Source of the DNA: Bacteroidales bacterium
GTDB lineage: Bacteria > Bacteroidota > Bacteroidia > Bacteroidales > UBA932
Assembly: GCA_041652255.1 (NCBI GenBank)
Contig: JBAZHT010000001.1
Coordinates: forward strand, 59,881 to 123,880
Direction of reading: 5' to 3'
DNA length: 64,000 bases
Shown here: one piece after another, positions 20,531 through 30,551 of the stretch
Numbering within the stretch: the stretch's first letter is position 1
Layout of the letters: the number at the start of each line of letters is the position of its first letter
Notes under the pieces: model-generated
What the model was told of the DNA's origin: nothing
Seen by the model: the letters and a program-made list of their open reading frames with translations, nothing else
Database searches by the model: none
Program-made: the position numbers and the translations under genes

Positions 20531-20989
20531 ATGCATCTTGTTTTCTATATTGGTTTTATGGGAAGTGGGAAAACCACCCTGGGAGCGCGCCATGCACAGG
20601 AAAAAAATGCTTGTTTTGTGGACATGGATCAGGTTATCCTTGACAAAACGGGGATCAGTCCCCGCGACATTCTTGGCCTGAAGGGAGAAAAGGCTTTCCG
20701 GAAAATTGAAAGAGACACCCTTCATGGTATAGTACGGAACTGGTATGATTCCGGAAAACCGGCAACCATAGTGGCCTGCGGAGGAGGAACACCGTGTTTC
20801 CATGACAACCTGGATTTTATGAAAACCCACGGGCATGTGGTATTTATAGATACTCCGCTGGAAATTATCCTTAAAAGACTTTCCGGCGAACCTGAAAGAT
20901 GGCCGTTGTTACAAAATGCAGACGCAACAAAGCTTTACAACTCGCGCATTGAATGGTACAAAAAAGCTGATGAGAGGGTCGTTCCTTAG
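20531..20989 (+). CDS. aroK: shikimate kinase
   Basis: 152 aa with the P-loop GFMGSGKTT and the GGG motif (ACGGGTP). Confidence 0.88.
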   Translation: MHLVFYIGFMGSGKTTLGARHAQEKNACFVDMDQVILDKTGISPRDILGLKGEKAFRKIERDTLHGIVRNWYDSGKPATIVACGGGTPCFHDNLDFMKTHGHVVFIDTPLEIILKRLSGEPERWPLLQNADATKLYNSRIEWYKKADERVVP

Positions 20990-22719
20990 ACGATAACGTC
21001 CCGGGCTTTGATATCTTTTATACGCAACTGAATGTTGGCTATACCCCGGTAATAATTTTCGGCCACCGAATAGCAGACATCCACGGGATTCCCGTTATGC
21101 ATGTGATCAAAATGCAGGCTTTGGTTAAAAGCTATCGCTGATATGGGACGGTAAGGCTCTTCTTCCTGGATCAATTCCAGTTTCAAGTGACCCGAATCAG
21201 ATCCCACCAGGCGTCCGTTTCCGTTATCGTATACGTTTTCGGTCACAAATACAGGGGACAGGTTCCCGGGACCAAAAGGCTGGAATTGTTTCAGCAGTCT
21301 GAAGAATTTGGGTGTTATTTGCTTGAAGTCCAGATACGTATCAATATTCACCAGAGGAGTAAGCATTTCATCGGTCACTTTTTCCGCTACCAGGGACTCA
21401 AACCGGCGGCAGAATTCCTGGTAATGCTTTTCGCTCATGGTCAGTCCGGCCGCATACATATGACCGCCGAAATTTTCCAGCAGATCACTGCAGCTTTCTA
21501 TGGCTTCATAAAGATCAAATCCGGGAATGCTTCTGGCAGATCCCGTTATAAATCCGTTTGACCGTGTGAGCACGATGGTGGGACGGTAGTAATTTTCAAC
21601 CAGACGTGAAGCAACAATACCCACAACCCCTTTATGCCATATGGGGTTGTAGACCACCGTGGATTTTTTGTTCTCAAGACCGGGCATGTCCCGGACCATA
21701 GCCAATGCCTCCTGGGTGATCTTCCTGTCTATGTTCTTTCTGTCGTCGTTGTGATCGTTAATGGTATGACCGATTTGGGATGCATCATCATCTGTGCGGG
21801 AAATGAGCAGATCAACGGCCATTTTTCCGGATTCCATACGGCCGGCAGCATTGATGCGCGGACCTATCTTAAAGACAATGTCGTCTATGGTTATCTGGTG
21901 TTTTTCAAGCCCTGCAAGTTTGATAATGGATAGCAATCCTTTGCGGGGCGCCTCGTTCAGTTGTTTCAGTCCGTAATGGGCCAGAATGCGGTTCTCGCCG
22001 GTTATGGATACCAGGTCAGAAGCTATACTTACAACCAAAAGGTCCAGGAACGGATACAGTTCAGTCAGGGGAATGTTCTTACGAATGCAATAGGCCTGCA
22101 TGAGCTTAAACCCTACTCCGCAACCGCTTAGTTCATCAAAAGGATAATGGCAATCCAGCCTTTTGGGATCCAGTACGGCAGAAGCCTGGGGCAATTCTTC
22201 GGCAGGCAGGTGATGATCACAAATTATAAAATCTATACCCTTCTGCCTGGCATATTCTACTTTATCGTTTGCTTTGATCCCGCAGTCCAGAGCAATGATG
22301 AGGGTACAACCTTCTTCCGTAGCTGCATCTATGCCTATACGTGATATGCCGTACCCTTCCGTGTAACGGTCGGGAATGTAGTATGAAACCATTGGCGTTT
22401 CTTTACGCAGGAAAGAATAAACCAGTGCCACGGCAGTAGTCCCGTCCACATCGTAATCTCCGTATACCAATATTTTTTCACTTTCCCGAATAGCCCTGTC
22501 AAGCCTTTTGACCGCCTTGTCCATATCTTTCATCAGGTAAGGGTCATGAAGATCTTCCAGTTGGGGACGAAAAAAGGTTTTTGCTTGTGAGAGTGATTTA
22601 ATATTCCTTTGAACCAAAAGGTTAGCCAGGGCCTGATCTACTCCCAGATCGGAGGCCAGCTGCCTTACCAGAGCCGGGTTCCCGGGCTCTTTAACAATCC
22701 ATTTTTTGTCCAAAGCCAT
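20986..22719 (-). CDS. recJ: single-stranded-DNA-specific exonuclease RecJ
   Basis: 577 aa with the DHH family motifs DYDVDGTT, ALDCG and ICDHH, plus a DHHA1 region. Confidence 0.93.
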   Translation of the reverse strand: MALDKKWIVKEPGNPALVRQLASDLGVDQALANLLVQRNIKSLSQAKTFFRPQLEDLHDPYLMKDMDKAVKRLDRAIRESEKILVYGDYDVDGTTAVALVYSFLRKETPMVSYYIPDRYTEGYGISRIGIDAATEEGCTLIIALDCGIKANDKVEYARQKGIDFIICDHHLPAEELPQASAVLDPKRLDCHYPFDELSGCGVGFKLMQAYCIRKNIPLTELYPFLDLLVVSIASDLVSITGENRILAHYGLKQLNEAPRKGLLSIIKLAGLEKHQITIDDIVFKIGPRINAAGRMESGKMAVDLLISRTDDDASQIGHTINDHNDDRKNIDRKITQEALAMVRDMPGLENKKSTVVYNPIWHKGVVGIVASRLVENYYRPTIVLTRSNGFITGSARSIPGFDLYEAIESCSDLLENFGGHMYAAGLTMSEKHYQEFCRRFESLVAEKVTDEMLTPLVNIDTYLDFKQITPKFFRLLKQFQPFGPGNLSPVFVTENVYDNGNGRLVGSDSGHLKLELIQEEEPYRPISAIAFNQSLHFDHMHNGNPVDVCYSVAENYYRGIANIQLRIKDIKARDVIV

Positions 22720-22729
22720 ATTAATCCTG

Positions 22730-22737
22730 CAAAGGTA
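22730..22737 (-). promoter_or_regulatory. -7 box (TAccTTTG on minus strand) for recJ
   Basis: Plus-strand caaaggta. It lies only 10 nt upstream of the recJ ATG. Confidence 0.45.
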
Positions 22738-22770
22738 AGAATATAATCCTTATGCGTGTAAAAAAATGCT

Positions 22771-22778
22771 TACTTTTG
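22771..22778 (+). promoter_or_regulatory. -7 box TAcTTTTG for lysS operon
   Basis: Perfect match, 22 nt upstream of ATG 22801. Confidence 0.5.
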
Positions 22779-22800
22779 CAGGTTGATAAAATCAAATTCT

Positions 22801-24309
22801 ATGGAGAATCCTCATATCAGTGAACAAGAACAGATCCGTCGTCAGGCATTGCAAGAACTGGAAAAGCTGGGTGTTGATCCTTATCCCGCAGCCGAGTATC
22901 CGGTAGATACCACGGCCCTGGAAATTCTTTCCGGCTATGATGATGAAAAGGGAAATTTTCAGGAGGTAACACTGGCTGGAAGGATTATGAGCCGCAGGAT
23001 CATGGGAGCCGCCTCTTTTATGGTTATTCAGGATCATAGCGGACGTATCCAGGTCTATCTGAAAAGAGATGACATATGTCCGGGCGAAGACAAATCTTTA
23101 TACAACACCGTTTTTAAAAAATTGCTGGATATAGGTGATATTGTGGGAATTAAAGGATTTGCCTTTGTTACCAAAACAGGAGAAATATCGGTCCATGCCA
23201 AAGAACTGGTTCTGTTGAGCAAATCCCTGAGGGTACTGCCTATCGTTAAGGAAAAGGAAGGCCGGCTTTACGATGCTTTTACCGATCCCGAACAACGGTA
23301 TCGCATGCGTTACGTGGACCTGATCGTGAATCCGGAAGTAAGGGAAACCTTTATGAAAAGAACAAAGATGGTCAATGTGATGCGGGAATTCTTTAACAGC
23401 CATGGTTACCTGGAGGTGGAAACCCCCATATTGCAACCGATCCCCGGAGGAGCCAACGCACGTCCATTTGTGACACATCACAACGCACTTGATATTCCTC
23501 TGTACATGAGGATCGCCAATGAACTGTACCTGAAAAAACTGATCGTTGGAGGATTTCCCGGTGTCTATGAATTTTCAAAAGATTTCCGGAACGAAGGGAT
23601 GGACCGTACTCACAATCCGGAATTTACCGTTTTGGAAATCTACGTAGCTTATAAAGATTATTTCTGGATGATGGATTTTACTGAAAAATTAGTGGAAAAA
23701 GTCGCCCTGGAACTTCACGGGACCACTCAGGTAACTTTGGCAGACAGGGTCATAGACTGGAAAAGGCCTTTCCGAAGGGTTACCATGCTGGGAGCCATCA
23801 AGGAATATGCGGAAGTGGATGTGTCTGACATGGATGAAGAAACACTCCGTAAAACATGCCGGGACCTGAACGTTTCCGTTACTCCTTCTATGGGAAAAGG
23901 CAAGCTGATCGATGCCATTTTTGGGGAATATTGTGAAAAACACCTTATCCAGCCTACTTTTGTTACCGATTATCCAAAAGCTACTTCACCACTTACAAAA
24001 AAACATCGTGAGGATCCCCGGCTGACAGAAAGATTTGAATTGTTTGTAAACGGAAAAGAACTGGCCAATGCCTATTCGGAACTGAATGATCCCCTGGATC
24101 AACTGGAACGGTTCAGGGATCAATTGAAACTCAAAGAAAAAGGGGACGATGAAGCCATGTTCATAGATCTGGACTTTATCCGGGCGCTGGAATTCGGCAT
24201 GCCACCCACCTCGGGAATGGGTATAGGCGTAGACCGTCTTTGCATGCTGATGACCGACTCGGCAAGCATCCAGGATGTGCTGTTCTTCCCGCAAATGCGA
24301 CCGGAGTAA
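22801..24309 (+). CDS. lysS: lysine--tRNA ligase (class II)
   Basis: About 502 aa from ATG 22801; the ORF-track start at 22783 is a TTG. The class II motifs FRNEG...HNPEFT and GMGIGVDRL are present. Confidence 0.95.
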   Translation: MENPHISEQEQIRRQALQELEKLGVDPYPAAEYPVDTTALEILSGYDDEKGNFQEVTLAGRIMSRRIMGAASFMVIQDHSGRIQVYLKRDDICPGEDKSLYNTVFKKLLDIGDIVGIKGFAFVTKTGEISVHAKELVLLSKSLRVLPIVKEKEGRLYDAFTDPEQRYRMRYVDLIVNPEVRETFMKRTKMVNVMREFFNSHGYLEVETPILQPIPGGANARPFVTHHNALDIPLYMRIANELYLKKLIVGGFPGVYEFSKDFRNEGMDRTHNPEFTVLEIYVAYKDYFWMMDFTEKLVEKVALELHGTTQVTLADRVIDWKRPFRRVTMLGAIKEYAEVDVSDMDEETLRKTCRDLNVSVTPSMGKGKLIDAIFGEYCEKHLIQPTFVTDYPKATSPLTKKHREDPRLTERFELFVNGKELANAYSELNDPLDQLERFRDQLKLKEKGDDEAMFIDLDFIRALEFGMPPTSGMGIGVDRLCMLMTDSASIQDVLFFPQMRPE

Positions 24310-24311
24310 AA

Positions 24312-25097
24312 ATGATTTCCTCTGCTCATAATCCCAGGATAAGACAAATCCGTTTGCTGATGGAAAAATCCCGCGAGCGAAGGGAAGCAGGATTGTTTGT
24401 GATTGAAGGGGTACGCGAGCTGGAAATTGCACTGCAGAGCGGGTTTTCCATTCACAGTTTATATATCAGCCCTCCCGTTTTATCAGACCCGGACAAGGCG
24501 GCTTTCTTTACGGCTAAAGCTCCTGTGGTGGAAGAGATAGATCCCGCATTATATGAAAGACTGGCTTACCGGGGAAGAACGGAAGGGGTGCTGGCCCTGA
24601 TGTACAGCCGCTACCCGGCACTGACAGATATCATACTTTCCGATTCTCCCCTGATCATCGTTCTGGAATCTGTGGAGAAACCGGGAAACCTGGGTGCTAT
24701 ACTGCGAACGGCTGATGCCTGTGGAGCTGATGCCGTGCTGGTATGCGATCCCCTGACTGATCTTTACAATCCCAATACCATCAGGGCTTCCCTGGGTTGT
24801 TTGTTCAGCGTCCCCACACTGACCTGTTCTTCTGAAGAAGCTTACAGGTGGTTAATTGAAAACGACATACAGATAGTTGCTGCCAGCTGCCAGTCTTCCT
24901 TCTCCTACCATCTGCAGGACCTTTCCAAACCTACTGCCCTGGCCATGGGAACCGAAGACAAGGGGCTGAGTTCTTTTTGGAATGAACGTGCTCATTTGAA
25001 AGTCAACATCCCAATGAAAGGAAAGATCGATTCACTGAATGTTTCAGTGGCTGCTGCGGTACTTTGTTTTGAGGCCATCAGGCAGCGAAATACATAA
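24312..25097 (+). CDS. TrmH/SpoU-family RNA 2'-O-methyltransferase
   Basis: 261 aa from ATG 24312, 2 nt after the lysS stop. The SpoU motifs NLGAILRTADACG, GTEDKGLS and SLNVSVAAAVLCFE are present. Confidence 0.85.
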   Translation: MISSAHNPRIRQIRLLMEKSRERREAGLFVIEGVRELEIALQSGFSIHSLYISPPVLSDPDKAAFFTAKAPVVEEIDPALYERLAYRGRTEGVLALMYSRYPALTDIILSDSPLIIVLESVEKPGNLGAILRTADACGADAVLVCDPLTDLYNPNTIRASLGCLFSVPTLTCSSEEAYRWLIENDIQIVAASCQSSFSYHLQDLSKPTALAMGTEDKGLSSFWNERAHLKVNIPMKGKIDSLNVSVAAAVLCFEAIRQRNT

Positions 25098-25102
25098 AAA
25101 AT

Positions 25103-25840
25103 ATGGGACCTTTTGCCATATTGGGAAATCCTGTACGATCCAGCATGAGTCCCGCCCTTTTCCGGGTGGCTTACCCGCAATTGCCGGCGGATACATACAG
25201 AACACTGGAAGTCCCCGATGCCATTACCGGATGGAAAGAGATGCAGCGTCTTTGCATGCAGGGAGTCAATGTAACCATGCCTTTTAAAGCAGATTTCATC
25301 CAATTTGTTCAACAAACTGAACCTTCCGCCAGAGAGATCAATGCCACCAACCTGGTATACCTTAATAAAGGCAGCTGGACTGCTTGCAATACGGATGTGA
25401 TGGGAGTGGTAAACAGTTTCATTGATTCCGGTACGGTCCTCAGCGGGAAGCACGTCCTTGTCATAGGTGCAGGCGGAGCGGGTCGCGCGGCTGCCCTGGG
25501 TATGGAACAGGCAGGTGCATTGGTGTACATGGCCAACCGGACTGTCAGGGAAGGGTTGTACCCGTTGACATCTGTCCCGGACCTGTTAAAACGTTGCTCC
25601 CTGGTGATCAACACCATCCCATGGGAACCGGGGAAGGCGGTTAAAACAGGGTTCACTTCCAGACATGTGATCCTGGATGCTTCCTATACAGAGGCTCCCC
25701 TGAAAGAGGCAGCATCCTTTTCAGGCTCGATTTATCTGAACGGGTACCACTGGCTTTATCACCAGGCAGTGGAAGGTTTTAGAATCATGACCGGTATGGA
25801 ACCCCACAGAAAGGCTATGCGCAAACTTCTGGGTTTATAA
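25103..25840 (+). CDS. aroE: shikimate dehydrogenase
   Basis: 245 aa with the N-terminal GNPVRSSMSP motif and the Rossmann motif GAGGAGRA. Confidence 0.88.
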   Translation: MGPFAILGNPVRSSMSPALFRVAYPQLPADTYRTLEVPDAITGWKEMQRLCMQGVNVTMPFKADFIQFVQQTEPSAREINATNLVYLNKGSWTACNTDVMGVVNSFIDSGTVLSGKHVLVIGAGGAGRAAALGMEQAGALVYMANRTVREGLYPLTSVPDLLKRCSLVINTIPWEPGKAVKTGFTSRHVILDASYTEAPLKEAASFSGSIYLNGYHWLYHQAVEGFRIMTGMEPHRKAMRKLLGL

Positions 25841-25885
25841 AAAAGATCGTAACTTTACAAGAAATCACTCAAACCAATATATACG

Positions 25886-26347
25886 ATGTTGAATAAAGTA
25901 ATGTTAATAGGAAACGTGGGAAAGGATCCCGAGATCCGTCATCTGGAAAGCGGGACGGCAGTAGCAAACATAACACTGGCTACAACTGAAAGGTATAAAG
26001 ACAGGAACGGAGAAACGCAGGAACAGACAGAATGGCACAACGTGGTATTGTGGCGGGGACTGGCCGATGTGACCGAGCGATTTGTACGAAAAGGTTCACA
26101 AATATTCATAGAAGGCAAGATCCGGTCCCGCAGCTGGGAAGACCAGTCGGGCCAGAAAAGATATACTACAGAAATCGTAGCCGATAACATGCAGTTACTG
26201 GGCAGAAGAAGTGACAATCCTGCCAACGCTTTTTCCCGGCCTGCTTCTTCAGCCAACAACGTTCAACCGGACCGGAAAGATCCGTCTACGTTTGATAACG
26301 GGACAACGGATTTCTCCCGGGAAGAGGTGGACGATCTGCCTTTCTGA
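25886..26347 (+). CDS. ssb: single-stranded DNA-binding protein
   Basis: 153 aa. An OB fold (MLNKVMLIGNVGKDPE...TEWHNVV) is followed by a disordered tail ending in the acidic tip DDLPF. Confidence 0.95.
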   Translation: MLNKVMLIGNVGKDPEIRHLESGTAVANITLATTERYKDRNGETQEQTEWHNVVLWRGLADVTERFVRKGSQIFIEGKIRSRSWEDQSGQKRYTTEIVADNMQLLGRRSDNPANAFSRPASSANNVQPDRKDPSTFDNGTTDFSREEVDDLPF

Positions 26348-27760
26348 TCAGTTTTTGATCTTTTTCGCCTTATTGGGAACATCCAATTGCAATCCGGGAT
26401 TTTTGTCCGAGGATCGGGCCAGTATGAACGATACGGCTATGGCCACCAGGGACAATCCTATGAACAGGTATTCGGAATGAACGGCTGCACGTATTTCGTC
26501 GTTAATGTTCCTTTCAATGATCTGTCCTACGATGATCGGGACTAAAAGCATTCCCATGTTCTGTATCCAGTAAATCAGCGAATAGGCCGTACCCAGATTT
26601 TTATCCGGTATAATTTTGGGGACAGATGGCCACATAGCCGCCGGGACCAGTGAATACCCTATCCCAAGTATGCCAATTCCCAGATAACCGAAGAAGGGAA
26701 TTCCTCCGGGTGCAAAACCAATGATCAGGTGTGATATCAGGACAAGGAAAGAGCCGACTATCATCCAACGGGTGGCTTTTCCCCGAATGTCTACCAGAGA
26801 ACCGAAAATGGGTGTGAAGATCATGGTGGTAAACGGGATTAGCGATACCATCAGGGAAGCGATATCGCTTTCAATTTCAAACCGGGGTATGATGATGGAT
26901 GTGGCAAACCTTCTGAAAGATATAATACAGGCATAAAAGAATACGCACAACAGGGATATGAGTATATAATGCTTGTTACCCAGGACCCTGAATATGTCTG
27001 AAAATTTAAATTTGTCTTCTTTTTTTACGGTTTCCTTATTTCTCAAAGCTTCTGCTGCAGTCTGGCTATCCAGATTCCTGTCAAAGATCAGGAAAACGGC
27101 CCAGACAATGAGTCCGCATAACAACAGGACAAACCCGACCAGGGCCGGTTTGCTTGTTTCGGAAAAGGGAATGTACGTTTCATTCAGACTCACGATCCGG
27201 GGCACTATGATCAAAGCCGTTGCCGTTCCCAGACGGGCCAGAGCCAGTTGCAATCCCATGGCCAGGGCCATTTCTTTTCCCCGGAACCATTTTGCTATGG
27301 AACGCGTTACAGCCACACCGGCAATTTCGCTTCCCAAACCGAAGATGGCACATCCTGCATAGGCAAATGCCAGTGAAGGTTTTTCAAAAGTGCGTGCCAT
27401 AAAGTTGTATAACTCACTGTTATTGAAAGATTCAGAAATTCCGTACATAACCAGGGCGGCCCCTCCTACCATCAACAACACAAAAAGAGTCCCTGTAACC
27501 CGTACGCCCCATTTGTCCAGCAACATACCGCATATGATCAGCCCTCCCCAGACACACAGCAGGGAATAAGCCCCCCCGTACATGCCGTAATCACCAGATG
27601 TCCACGAAAGATCAAGGATCCCGGGATTTTTGAATATGTGACTGATGGTGGTAAACTGATCGTCAAAAAAATACGAGGCGAACATGACCAAAGACAGGCA
27701 CAAAAGTACCATCCATCTGGCCCATTTGGAATTCTTAAGTAAAAGATCTTTTTTAATCAT
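26348..27760 (-). CDS. MFS transporter (paralogue 2 of a tandem pair), substrate unknown
   Basis: 470 aa with about 12 hydrophobic segments and the MFS loop motif LDKWGVR. It shares blocks such as KWFRGKEMALAMGL with the upstream paralogue. Confidence 0.8.
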   Translation of the reverse strand: MIKKDLLLKNSKWARWMVLLCLSLVMFASYFFDDQFTTISHIFKNPGILDLSWTSGDYGMYGGAYSLLCVWGGLIICGMLLDKWGVRVTGTLFVLLMVGGAALVMYGISESFNNSELYNFMARTFEKPSLAFAYAGCAIFGLGSEIAGVAVTRSIAKWFRGKEMALAMGLQLALARLGTATALIIVPRIVSLNETYIPFSETSKPALVGFVLLLCGLIVWAVFLIFDRNLDSQTAAEALRNKETVKKEDKFKFSDIFRVLGNKHYILISLLCVFFYACIISFRRFATSIIIPRFEIESDIASLMVSLIPFTTMIFTPIFGSLVDIRGKATRWMIVGSFLVLISHLIIGFAPGGIPFFGYLGIGILGIGYSLVPAAMWPSVPKIIPDKNLGTAYSLIYWIQNMGMLLVPIIVGQIIERNINDEIRAAVHSEYLFIGLSLVAIAVSFILARSSDKNPGLQLDVPNKAKKIKN

Positions 27761-29147
27761 CTGTTTTTATTTTCTTGGTTATGTTTGGCAATTCCAGTCC
27801 ATACCCTTTTAAACGGTCTTCCGCTTTGAGCCAGATGCCCAGGAAAAAAGCCAGCACTCCGAGTGAGGCAAAAATGAGCATGGGAACGGTATAATTGTAT
27901 TCCATAGGATTGGTAACGCCCTGATTGGTCCGGTCCAAAACAACCCCAATGAGCAGTGGCAGAGCCCACAGTCCAATATTCTGGATCCAGAAAATAACCG
28001 AGTAAGCAGAACCCAGATATCTGTCTTTCACCAATTTGGGTACTGAAGGCCATAACGCGGCAGGTACCAGGGAAAAACTTATACCTAATATAATAATAGC
28101 CGTATAGGCAATTCCTTTCGTGAAATAAGCTTCAGGGACCAGGGCAAAAGTCAGGTGGCACAAACACATCAAAATAGCCCCTATGATAAGCATAGAAGCC
28201 CCTTTCCCCTTATTATCCAGGTATGCGCCCAGTAAAGGAGTCAGGATCATGGCTCCTATGGGAAACCAGGAAAAAATATCACTGGCATCGGTGGCAGATA
28301 TCTGTAACCGGCACTCCAGCATATTGGCAGCGAATTTCTGAAAAGGGAAGATGGCTGAATAATAGAGCACACATAAACCGGAAACTATGAGGAACGCTTT
28401 ATTGGTAAAGAGGATCCCCAAATCTTTCACTTTGAATTCTTCTTCCGGTTCTTCTCCGGATTCGCCCAATTGACGTTCCAATTTTCTGTCAAAGAAAAAA
28501 TAAACCGAAAAAGCCAGGAGTCCTATTAGTAGCAGTATTAAGCTGATCAGGACCGGAGCACTGACATTGGACATGTTTTCCGCTATACGCGGAGACATCC
28601 TGAAGATGGCAAAAACACCCAGCCTGGCAATGGCCATTTCCAGCCCCATGGCCAGGGCCAGTTCTTTCCCTTTGAACCACTTGACGATTCCTTTGGATAC
28701 GGTAACTCCGGCCATTTCCACACCGCAACCGAATATCATAAACCCGAGTGATGCAAGTTTGGCCGAGGCAGGCAAAGACACCCACCAGGAATTGAGCCAT
28801 GTTTCCAGCCCTGTTCCGGTAAAGGCATCGGTCAGGGCGTAATACTTGATCCCGGCTCCGGCGATCATGACCAGTGCTGATAGAATGGCCGTAAAACGAA
28901 CGCCCATTTTGTCCAGAATAATTCCCGCAAAGATCAGGAACAGGACAAATACGTTCAGAAAATATTCCGCTCCGGTGACCGTTCCAAAAGTCTCGGAACT
29001 CCAGCCTCTTGTGGTCTCCAACATACTTTTGAGGGGAGAAAGAACGTCTACGAACATGTAGGCAAAAAACATCATAGATGCCAGAAGGACAAGCATGCTC
29101 CATCTGACTACAGCCTTGTCCTTCAATAAAATAGAAACTTTGTTCAT
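27753..29147 (-). CDS. MFS transporter (paralogue 1 of a tandem pair), substrate unknown
   Basis: 464 aa with LDKMGVR and KWFKGKELALAMGL. Its stop overlaps the start of the downstream paralogue by 8 nt. Confidence 0.8.
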   Translation of the reverse strand: MNKVSILLKDKAVVRWSMLVLLASMMFFAYMFVDVLSPLKSMLETTRGWSSETFGTVTGAEYFLNVFVLFLIFAGIILDKMGVRFTAILSALVMIAGAGIKYYALTDAFTGTGLETWLNSWWVSLPASAKLASLGFMIFGCGVEMAGVTVSKGIVKWFKGKELALAMGLEMAIARLGVFAIFRMSPRIAENMSNVSAPVLISLILLLIGLLAFSVYFFFDRKLERQLGESGEEPEEEFKVKDLGILFTNKAFLIVSGLCVLYYSAIFPFQKFAANMLECRLQISATDASDIFSWFPIGAMILTPLLGAYLDNKGKGASMLIIGAILMCLCHLTFALVPEAYFTKGIAYTAIIILGISFSLVPAALWPSVPKLVKDRYLGSAYSVIFWIQNIGLWALPLLIGVVLDRTNQGVTNPMEYNYTVPMLIFASLGVLAFFLGIWLKAEDRLKGYGLELPNITKKIKTDD

Positions 29148-29231
29148 ATACAGGTTTTAGATTGATTCCGTTAATTGTCCGAAATAGAAAATCTAAGATA
29201 GAATAATAAGTCAAGTCTGCAAAATTTGTCG

Positions 29232-29239
29232 TACTTTTG
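29232..29239 (+). promoter_or_regulatory. -7 box TAcTTTTG for purA-dxs
   Basis: Perfect match, 37 nt upstream of ATG 29277. Confidence 0.5.
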
Positions 29240-29276
29240 TTCTATTATCCTCATTTTGCAAAGAGAATCTAATAAT

Positions 29277-30545
29277 ATGAACGCAGACGTAGTTCTCGGA
29301 CTTCAGTGGGGTGACGAGGGAAAGGGCAAGATCGTTGATTATCTGGCACAAAAATATCCCGTAATCGCCCGTTTCCAGGGAGGACCGAACGCAGGTCACT
29401 CACTCCATTTTACTGATACTTCCTTTGTCCTGCATTCTGTTCCATCGGGCATATTCCGTAAAGACACGGTAAATGTTATTGGGAACGGAGTGGTTATTGA
29501 CCCCGTAATTTTTGAAGAAGAATGCCGTGCCATAGAAGCCCTGGGTGTTCCGGTCAGGGAGCGCCTGATGATCTCCAAACGGGCTCATCTCATCCTGCCC
29601 ACTCACCGGATCATTGATGCAGCCAGTGAACAAGCCAAGGGGTCCTCACGGATAGGGTCTACCCTGAAAGGGATATCCCCAACCTATATGGACAAAACAG
29701 GACGTAACGGGATCCGTGTGGGAGATATTCTGGCCTCCGGTTTTGAGGAACGGTTTCATGCCTTAAAGTCCAAACACCTTGTTTTTCTGCAACAATTCGA
29801 TTACAAATACGATCCCGACCAGGATCAGGATAAATGGATGCAGGCCATTGATTATCTAAGGCAGTTCAAGCTGATAGATGCCGAGTATTACATCAATGAC
29901 TGTCTGCATAAGAACATTCCCGTACTGGCCGAAGGAGCACAGGGGGCGTTGCTGGATATTGATTTTGGCTCATACCCGTATGTCACATCCTCTTCTACCA
30001 CTTGCGCCGGAGCATGTATTGGATTGGGTTTCGCTCCTTCCAGAGTCGGCAGGGTATACGGAATATTCAAAGCCTATTGTACACGTGTGGGCAGCGGCCC
30101 TTTTCCCACCGAACTCTTTGACCGGGAAGGAGAACTTCTCAGGGAACGCGGCAAAGAATTCGGTGCCACTACCGGGAGGCCGCGACGTACCGGATGGCTG
30201 GACCTGGTGGCCCTGAAATACGCCGTGATTCTGAACGGAGTGACAGATCTGATCATGATGAAATCGGATGTATTGGACGGATTTGATACCATAAAAATTG
30301 CTACAACATACAAGGTAAATGACATCTTGACCGACCGTATCCCTTACGATATAGATTCTCCAATCGTTCCGGTATATAAAACATTCAGCGGGTGGAAAAA
30401 AGATCTTACAGGGATTCGTCGTGAAAAAGACCTACCCGTTGAATTTGTATCATACATCCGTTTCATAGAAAACGAAACCGGAATTCCGGTAAGAATCATA
30501 TCGCTGGGTCCGGACCGTGAACAGACTATTATCAAAGAGTCATAA
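29277..30545 (+). CDS. purA: adenylosuccinate synthase
   Basis: 422 aa from ATG 29277, with QWGDEGKGK, GGPNAGH and TTGRPRR. Confidence 0.96.
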   Translation: MNADVVLGLQWGDEGKGKIVDYLAQKYPVIARFQGGPNAGHSLHFTDTSFVLHSVPSGIFRKDTVNVIGNGVVIDPVIFEEECRAIEALGVPVRERLMISKRAHLILPTHRIIDAASEQAKGSSRIGSTLKGISPTYMDKTGRNGIRVGDILASGFEERFHALKSKHLVFLQQFDYKYDPDQDQDKWMQAIDYLRQFKLIDAEYYINDCLHKNIPVLAEGAQGALLDIDFGSYPYVTSSSTTCAGACIGLGFAPSRVGRVYGIFKAYCTRVGSGPFPTELFDREGELLRERGKEFGATTGRPRRTGWLDLVALKYAVILNGVTDLIMMKSDVLDGFDTIKIATTYKVNDILTDRIPYDIDSPIVPVYKTFSGWKKDLTGIRREKDLPVEFVSYIRFIENETGIPVRIISLGPDREQTIIKES

Positions 30546-30551
30546 AACATT

